Origin: an uncultured delta proteobacterium
GTDB taxonomy: Bacteria > Desulfobacterota > Desulfuromonadia > Geobacterales > DSM-12255
Assembly: GCA_963787125.1 (NCBI GenBank)
Contig: CAWBBV010000007.1
Location: 160,001-224,000, forward strand
DNA length: 64,000 nt
Direction: 5' to 3'
Shown here: positions 57,911 to 64,000 of the stretch, piece after piece
Numbering within the stretch: position 1 is the first letter of the stretch
Layout of the letters: each line of letters opens with the position of its first letter
The notes under the pieces: generated by a model
The model's input: the letters and a program-made list of their open reading frames with translations, nothing else
Databases searched by the model: none
What the model was told of the DNA's origin: nothing
Position numbers and translations under genes: made by a program

Positions 57911-58289
57911 CAACCAACTCCTGGGCACCGACATACTTGTTAATATTGCCCGAGGCAATCTTGCTGCCATAGCACACTTAAACAACCTCTTATCAGATGG
58001 TAGAGTTCATGTCAGCGCTGTGACTGAAATGGAACTTGTCGTCGGTTGTCGTAACAAATCAGAACTACGTGAACTCTCCCGGCTTCTCAAGCAGATGACT
58101 ATAATCCCGATCACCCCTGAAATCACAACAACTGCGATAAAACTGTTACATACATATCGCTTGAGCCACGGACTCCTTATTGCTGATGCGATTATTGCTG
58201 CCACTGCCATAGTCAGCAAACGCATCCTCTTAAGCGGAAATGCAAAACATTTCTCAATGATCGAGGCATTACAATTCAAGGCAAATTAA
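57903..58289 (+). CDS. vapC: PIN-domain (VapC) toxin, first catalytic Asp replaced by Gly
   Basis: LLGTDIL (canonical DT), TEME, ADAIIAATA, N.KHF. Confidence 0.82.
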   Translation: MSSNQLLGTDILVNIARGNLAAIAHLNNLLSDGRVHVSAVTEMELVVGCRNKSELRELSRLLKQMTIIPITPEITTTAIKLLHTYRLSHGLLIADAIIAATAIVSKRILLSGNAKHFSMIEALQFKAN

Positions 58290-58408
58290 CTTACCTTCTC
58301 CGATTCCCGCCTCTACTTTCTCGCCTCTGCCTTTGCGTCTCTACAGTTCCCAATTCCCGCTTTTGCTTCACAACAGTTCCCTGACCCCGCCTTTCTTTAT
58401 CTTTACCT

Positions 58409-58603
58409 CTATCTGTACCTGATTTTTCTTCCCAGCCAGCGCAAAGGTTTGGTGATCCGCCAGGGTAGGGAGGAATGAAGGGCTTTAAGTCGAGCAGTTT
58501 TCGTCTTGAGCTCAACCAGCAGTTTATCCCGGCTCTCTGCCTCGGCCAGGTTTGCAGAGCTTATCTTAAGCAGGTACTGAAAGGTCTCTTCAGTTGAGGC
58601 CAT
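58409..58603 (-). pseudogene. Orphan coiled-coil plus WRITKPLR tail, containing repeat R3 (core 58435-58461)
   Basis: ..DKLLVELKTKTARLKALHSSLPWRITKPLRWLGRKIRYR* parallels the GT2 C-terminus. Confidence 0.7.
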
Positions 58604-58626
58604 GAGGTTTGGTGAGCTGACCTGCC

Positions 58627-59136
58627 TTAAGGTTTGACCAGTTGCGCCAGATCCTTTAGCAGCAGAAAAAGGTGGTATGGATCTGTAGGACTGGGCTCAA
58701 AGCCCCATCTCAGATACCAATTCCGGGCTGCATCATCCTTCGCATGGATGAGCATTGCTCGAATCCCGGCAATATCAGCCGCCTGCAAGGTTCGGAGCAT
58801 GGCATCCTTCAACAGGGCACGACCCAGACCGCCCCCATGATGATTCCGATCAACCGCAAGACGAGCCAGAATCATTACCGGTACCGGATGCCTGGCCAAC
58901 CCCTTGACGACACGTCCTGCTGCCGTCGCCGGTTCGACGCTGCCCACAACCAGAGTGTAAAAACCCACTACATTGCCGCTCTGGCCGCAAACGTAGGTTT
59001 GCGAGCTGTTGGCTTTCTGACTGGTCAGGGCAAAACGCAGTAAAAACTGGTTCAGAGCCGGCTGACCGCAATCAAACGAATTGACATTGTCGGCTACTTC
59101 AAGTTTGCGGACAGTATCATAAGAGAATAGGCTCAC
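58627..59136 (-). CDS. GNAT acetyltransferase toxin (TacT/AtaT-like)
   Basis: FDCG..LN.FL, VPVMILARLAVD..G.G.G, AKDD.A..WY..GF. Confidence 0.9.
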   Translation of the reverse strand: MSLFSYDTVRKLEVADNVNSFDCGQPALNQFLLRFALTSQKANSSQTYVCGQSGNVVGFYTLVVGSVEPATAAGRVVKGLARHPVPVMILARLAVDRNHHGGGLGRALLKDAMLRTLQAADIAGIRAMLIHAKDDAARNWYLRWGFEPSPTDPYHLFLLLKDLAQLVKP

Positions 59137-59411
59137 CCCAGAACCCCAGGTTCAGTGAGCAAGCGTTTCAGGCGGGGATATGATTGTACCGGGCGGTCGA
59201 GAGCCTGCTGGAATGCCTGCCACTCGGCATCATTCAGCTCAAAGCGGCGGCGTTCGGCAAGAGTTTGGTTAGCAGCACTTATCCCGGCATCCAAAAGAAA
59301 TTCGCTGACGCTCTTGTGGCAAGATCGTGCCGCCTCCTGCAGCAACTGCTTGACAGACAGGTTGGCACGGACATCAATCCGCTCTGTTTTTGAAATGGTC
59401 AAAGTAGGCAT
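59133..59411 (-). CDS. DUF1778 RHH antitoxin (TacA-like)
   Basis: KTERIDVR, AA....SVSEF, F..ALD.P. Confidence 0.88.
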   Translation of the reverse strand: MPTLTISKTERIDVRANLSVKQLLQEAARSCHKSVSEFLLDAGISAANQTLAERRRFELNDAEWQAFQQALDRPVQSYPRLKRLLTEPGVLG

Positions 59412-59615
59412 TGGGTGCTCCTTTAATATCATATGTGTCAACTATATCGTACGGACAATGTACTGACAATAAAATTATTTTGACGGGAGCCTCTCCCCAT
59501 AAACTCCCCAGCTACTCAACCATTCAGCTCTTTCCTTTGCGTCTCTACAGTTCCCAGTTCCCGCCTCTGCCTTAAAACAGTTCCCTGACCCCGCCTTTCT
59601 TTACCTTTACCTCTA

Positions 59616-59674
59616 CCTGATTTTCCTTCCCAGCCAGCGCAAAGGTTTGGTGATCCGCCAGGAGAGGGAGGAAT
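59616..59674 (-). repeat. Direct repeat R4
   Basis: Core at 59633-59659. Confidence 0.95.
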
Positions 59675-59786
59675 CAACGACATTACTGATGACATAATAG
59701 TCTTTCGTACCCGAATCAATAAAACTTTATCAAATAAATCCGACATGCTATACAGTAATATAAAAGTAACCTTGGAGTAATTAAAT

Positions 59787-60074
59787 ATGCCACAGGTCAC
59801 GCCTTTCGATAAAACCATTATCAATTTCATGTCCAGCCATGGAGTATCTCAAATTGCCGTCTTCGGTTCGTATGCACGCGGTGAAGCTCGTCCCGACAGC
59901 GATCTAGACCTATTAGTCCGTTTTTCGGAACAAAAAAGCCTCCTCGGAGTGATCCGCCTCGAGCGCGAGTTATCGGAACTGCTTGGAGTCAAAATTGACC
60001 TGTTAACCGAACAGGCTATCAGCCCATACCTTATTGACCGGATCAGGAAGGAACTCAAGGTAATTGCCTTATGA
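59787..60074 (+). CDS. MNT antitoxin, copy 2
   Basis: Protein identical to copy 1. Confidence 0.9.
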   Translation: MPQVTPFDKTIINFMSSHGVSQIAVFGSYARGEARPDSDLDLLVRFSEQKSLLGVIRLERELSELLGVKIDLLTEQAISPYLIDRIRKELKVIAL

Positions 60075-60400
60075 TCCGCGACGACAGGGTCTATCTGTCA
60101 CACATCATTGATGCTCTTCGACAGATTAGCGAATATACTAAAAACCTCGATTACGATGGTTTTAACGCAGCCCGCATTATTCAGGATGCTGTTATACGGC
60201 AATTCGAGATCATTGGCGAAGCTACAAAAAATCTTTCCGAAGAGTTTCGAATGAAACAGCCGGATATTCCGTGGAAAGACTTGGCAGGGTTCCGTGACAA
60301 GCTGATTCATCAATATTTCGGCGTCGACATCTCCATTGTATGGCGCTCAGTAGTCGATGATGTGCCTGTTTTACTGAAAGAATTCGGGGAGATTAAATAA
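60071..60400 (+). CDS. HEPN/DUF86 toxin, copy 2
   Basis: Differs from copy 1 by Q>R and M>V. Confidence 0.9.
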   Translation: MIRDDRVYLSHIIDALRQISEYTKNLDYDGFNAARIIQDAVIRQFEIIGEATKNLSEEFRMKQPDIPWKDLAGFRDKLIHQYFGVDISIVWRSVVDDVPVLLKEFGEIK

Positions 60401-60450
60401 ACCCTGAGACTGCGTTCAGACACCCTCTCGACAAGACCCGATTCACCCTT

Positions 60451-60578
60451 CTTCTACCTTTCCTAGTCCCCCGCACCTCAAATCTCAAACTTGATCCCCG
60501 ATCCCAATTCCCAGATCACGACTTGCCTTAAAACAGTTCCCAGTTCCCGCCTTTGCTTCACAACAGCTCCCTGACCCC
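60451..60578. repeat. Spacer block S, copy 2
   Basis: Near-identical to 57389-57516. Confidence 0.9.
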
Positions 60579-60604
60579 GCCTTTCTTTACCTTTACCTCT
60601 ACCT

Positions 60605-61810
60605 CTACCTGATTTTCCTTCCCAGCCAGCGCAAAGGTTTGGTGATCCGCCAGGAGAGGGAGGATTCAAGGGCATCTACTCGTAGTTGTAAATATTGAAT
60701 CATTTCGTCTTTTTCCGATTTGGATAAAGAATTGACTGATTGAGCAGCTAACATGTCAGTACTTTTTGTTGTTACAATCAATCTTGATCTATCACGACAT
60801 ACTTTTGAGCCTTGCCAAAAAGTAAAAATTTGCCACTTTATATAATCATATCTACTGCGCAATTTGATTATTGCCAAAAGCTTACCGAATTGATAATGAG
60901 CCTCTGTTGCCTTTAATGAACCTTCAATTTCGCGATGCAAAAACAACAACTCCATGTATCTGTTTTGATATGAGTCTATTATTGAGCGTGCATCTGCGAT
61001 CCAAGCATTATTAAAATCAGGGGCATAATCAGGTTTCGAGTTAAAAAATTCTCTATAAGTGCCTAAAACGACTTCAGACGCACCGAAGCCCCCGTGCAAT
61101 TTTTTTAGATATCTCCATGTAAGTCTGAACGTGGGGAGGTAATGATAATAAGAAAGTCTTTCATCGTACCAGAGTCGCCAGCCAAAACATCTAAGCGCAA
61201 AACAAATTTCGGAATCTTCCCCTGAACTCAGGTTCGTGCCATGTCTACCAGAAAGGGTAAAGGTAAAACCATTATTGATGATTTCTTCCCACGCTGACTT
61301 TCTGATGCTCAGCCCAGCTCCCCACAGGTACCCTCTCGAGTCTGCTACATATCCGGTAGTTTCCGATTGAGGGCCAACAGCGTAGCACCCTTTGAATTGT
61401 TCAAACCATGGCGGGGCAACCGTCTCAAAGCTTGGCAATCCTAAACCACCACATGCTCCCACGTCAGGGTGTGCAGACATAATTTTATAAACGATATCAA
61501 TCCATTCAGGACAAATCCAGTTGTCATCGTCAATAAAGCAAATGTATTCGTATTGAGATTCAGCAATACCTCTAAGTCTGGCATTTTTAAGGCCTAACTC
61601 GTGTTCGGTTATGATCTTGGTGACTTGTTTGAGATGATAAGAGAAGAGATTATCTGCGATTTGAGAAGTTTCGTCAGTAGAGGCATTATCTACTAGTATT
61701 ACTTCAAACTGAATGTAATTAGGAATTATAAGATTATTGACATGATATATTGTTTGAGGCAATTTTTCTGCGCTATTATGACAGCAAATGATTAGGCTGA
61801 CGCCGTTCAT
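60605..61810 (-). CDS. Family 2 glycosyltransferase with short coiled-coil and SWRITKPLR tail (contains repeat R5, core 60625-60651)
   Basis: SLIICCHN, VDNASTD, FIDDD, GED; AT-rich body switching to the GC-rich repeat at its 3' end. Confidence 0.9.
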   Translation of the reverse strand: MNGVSLIICCHNSAEKLPQTIYHVNNLIIPNYIQFEVILVDNASTDETSQIADNLFSYHLKQVTKIITEHELGLKNARLRGIAESQYEYICFIDDDNWICPEWIDIVYKIMSAHPDVGACGGLGLPSFETVAPPWFEQFKGCYAVGPQSETTGYVADSRGYLWGAGLSIRKSAWEEIINNGFTFTLSGRHGTNLSSGEDSEICFALRCFGWRLWYDERLSYYHYLPTFRLTWRYLKKLHGGFGASEVVLGTYREFFNSKPDYAPDFNNAWIADARSIIDSYQNRYMELLFLHREIEGSLKATEAHYQFGKLLAIIKLRSRYDYIKWQIFTFWQGSKVCRDRSRLIVTTKSTDMLAAQSVNSLSKSEKDEMIQYLQLRVDALESSLSWRITKPLRWLGRKIR

Positions 61811-61852
61811 GAAGTTACCGATATCCCAATAAAATAATCGTATTAATTTGGC

Positions 61853-62608
61853 TTAAAACCCTGACAATAAACATAGTTTTTCATAAACATACCTGTATTT
61901 ATTGTCGACAGATTCACTGGAACTTGTCCTTTTTAATTTAATGTCTGGAAATGATCTGTCGGTTTTGGCATTTGTTAATGTTTCAATCCTATCAAGTCCT
62001 TCGGTACTTACAATCTGGTCATAATGAATGAATAACCATTCACCTTGACTCATATGTGATTCTAATATGTTAGTATATATTGAGTGCCAAACTTCCAATG
62101 CATATTTATAACTCATGGTTAGGGAGTGTAAATATTCCATGTCTTTGCATTCTTTAACTATGCTAAGTGCAGTGATTGATGGCTCCCTGAAAACGCAAAT
62201 AAATACCGTGTTTTCCAGAAAAGGTCGCCAGAAAGGAAGAGTGAAACTGAACCTTGGATCTTTATAGCAAAAAGGGGATTTGTCTACGGCAATAGATATC
62301 TTGTTTTCTATGCTTTTTGAAGGATAAAGCTGTGTTCCTATGGGCATAATTTCTAGCCATCTTTGCCCATCTGAAAACTTTCTTCCAGAAATTAACCTTT
62401 TGATTCTGTCATTTAATTTGAAACGCACATTTGATAAAATTTGCTCATTTATTCCGTTAATAAAGGGATCCTCGAAAAACCCCTTGGGATTACTCTGGCG
62501 AGGAGGCAGCAAATTGTCCCCCATAAAATAGCCAGACTTAGCCAAGGTGCCAGCCACCATGCTCGTGCCGCTTCTACCGGACCCAAGGATTATACAATTG
62601 CGCATCAT
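61853..62608 (-). CDS. Sulfotransferase-family P-loop protein
   Basis: GSGRSGTS, NPKGFFED, KDPR, REP, YD.I. Confidence 0.8.
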   Translation of the reverse strand: MMRNCIILGSGRSGTSMVAGTLAKSGYFMGDNLLPPRQSNPKGFFEDPFINGINEQILSNVRFKLNDRIKRLISGRKFSDGQRWLEIMPIGTQLYPSKSIENKISIAVDKSPFCYKDPRFSFTLPFWRPFLENTVFICVFREPSITALSIVKECKDMEYLHSLTMSYKYALEVWHSIYTNILESHMSQGEWLFIHYDQIVSTEGLDRIETLTNAKTDRSFPDIKLKRTSSSESVDNKYRYVYEKLCLLSGF

Positions 62609-62612
62609 TGTC

Positions 62613-63857
62613 TCACAGTAATATTTTGCAATTCTCAGGAAGTTCTTGCTGATATTTTTCGGCTAAATCTCTTATCGCCTCTGGATTATACAATATGTTG
62701 GTCCAGTTCTGTGGGGATGTGCTATTTACACCATGTTTATCAGCAAAATACTTTTCAGTTCCATGATGTACGACAAATTTGTACAAAAAATGGTTAACAT
62801 AACTAGGATTAGCATTATGATTAATATCATTAATCAATTTCCGCGTTAGTGACCTGTCTTGCTCTGTTTGGTCAGGATAGCAAAATATATACTGTGCCAT
62901 TACGTTTATATTATTATCAGTAAGTTCTTTAACGAAGGCTACTATCAACTCATTGCTAACATTAGGTTTGTTCATACTATTACGTTCTCTGATCGAACCT
63001 GATTCAATGCCTATCCTGACCTCTTTAACGCCAGACTTGGCCATCAAGTTTACGTACATCCCGTAATCGCTTTTTATCTGTAATCCGAAAATATGGCCGT
63101 AAGGCTTATTACTTATACCAGAAAGCGCTTCGAACAACATTTTAGTCCGGTTACTATTTACATTCAAGTTTGAATCGTTAAACATAACCATTTTAACGTC
63201 TTTTATCGACTCAATTTGATCAACAACAGATTCAATGTCGTGATAATAGTACGTGTGATTCTGTGTGCAGAAATTACAATTATTAGGACAGCCTCTTGTA
63301 GTTATTACAGGCAGTATGCCGTTATAATCTGATAAATCCATTTGACTATAATCAGGGACGTATTTTTTTGAAGCAATTAATGGCTCTGTAATGATTCCCT
63401 TATTAGTTATTGCAGCCAAGATACCTTCTTCTCCATAACCGCTAACAACTGTATCAAATATGTTCAACTCTAATAATTCTTTCTCATTGTATGAAGCGCA
63501 AGGGCCACCAGCAATACACCTCACATGTTTACATAATCTTAAAGCCATTTCTTTTGAATATCTAAACGTTGGATAAGAAAGATGAAAACCGACAAGATCC
63601 GGATTCATATCCAATATTCTAGTGCAATAATTATCCATCTCTCCATAGGCAAAATGATAAACATCGTTGTGTGAATCAATTTCAAAGTCTCTATTATATG
63701 CAATAGAATCTGGATATTTTTTATTCAATTCCACATTGAAATCAATTATATGAATCTCATGCCCTGCGTTTTTTAATTCTGTTGACAGATATGCAAGGCC
63801 AACAGGAGGGCCAGATCTTGTATTTATAAACGGAGCTCTAATCAACACAATTTTCAC
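62613..63857 (-). CDS. B12-binding-domain radical SAM protein
   Basis: PPVGLAYL..L...GH, GGP, RGCPNNCNFC, GIESGS. Confidence 0.88.
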   Translation of the reverse strand: MKIVLIRAPFINTRSGPPVGLAYLSTELKNAGHEIHIIDFNVELNKKYPDSIAYNRDFEIDSHNDVYHFAYGEMDNYCTRILDMNPDLVGFHLSYPTFRYSKEMALRLCKHVRCIAGGPCASYNEKELLELNIFDTVVSGYGEEGILAAITNKGIITEPLIASKKYVPDYSQMDLSDYNGILPVITTRGCPNNCNFCTQNHTYYYHDIESVVDQIESIKDVKMVMFNDSNLNVNSNRTKMLFEALSGISNKPYGHIFGLQIKSDYGMYVNLMAKSGVKEVRIGIESGSIRERNSMNKPNVSNELIVAFVKELTDNNINVMAQYIFCYPDQTEQDRSLTRKLINDINHNANPSYVNHFLYKFVVHHGTEKYFADKHGVNSTSPQNWTNILYNPEAIRDLAEKYQQELPENCKILL

Positions 63858-64000
63858 AAAACCAACTCCTCCAACTGAGAATGATTCACTTGAGCGCTAA
63901 AGCAGTACCGAATGAATATTTAGGTTCAAGGTATTTAAGGAAATCAGTTATGATTTATCCATGATCAGCTGTTCTTTCGGTGAAAAAATATCTTGCCAAT

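Noticed and set aside
55674..60651. CRISPR array interpretation of the 27-bp repeats
   Set aside because: Repeat spacing is 845-1916 bp and contains whole genes; no cas genes in the window
55620..60680. Classical integron cassette array
   Set aside because: I found no RYYYAAC...GTTRRRY attC palindromes and no intI; repeats are direct and protein-coding in origin
63860..64000. Possible frameshifted 3' end of a sulfotransferase-like gene (WQDIFSPKEQLIMDK / IITDFLKYL)
   Set aside because: Too little sequence at the window edge to support a call

Overview
Gene content and repeat style suggest a Geobacteraceae/Desulfuromonadia-like deltaproteobacterial chromosome (inference). The backbone is housekeeping: nspC 3' end, speA, ybaK, sucAB, a yitJ-like gene, a split znuACB, pilB-like/pilT, an MCP, an aminotransferase, hybrid kinases, rubrerythrin, topA, dprA, cpoB, recO and folA. 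Three accessory regions interrupt it. (1) 10.4-23.2 kb is a surface-protein/Rhs toxin island. It carries a restriction-endonuclease-fold toxin, an apparently catalytically dead paralogue of that toxin, an Imm70-like gene, and a 1.8-kb IS that replaces the start of a signal peptide. (2) 24.3-29 kb holds two toxin-antitoxin (TA) modules plus pilB-like/pilT inside the znu operon. (3) 55.6-60.7 kb is the best candidate for an undescribed system: five TA modules of four families, punctuated by five direct copies of the DNA encoding the C-terminal 'SLSWRITKPLRWLGRKIR' tail of the adjacent glycosyltransferase. Comparing two duplicated units shows cassette-sized presence/absence differences, and no integrase is visible in the window. 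A second notable candidate is an unannotated Ala-rich 26-codon leader peptide with a terminator upstream of a class I/II aminotransferase, a possible alanine-sensing attenuator. No rRNA, tRNA or CRISPR array was seen. All family assignments come from motif recognition by eye, not from database searches.
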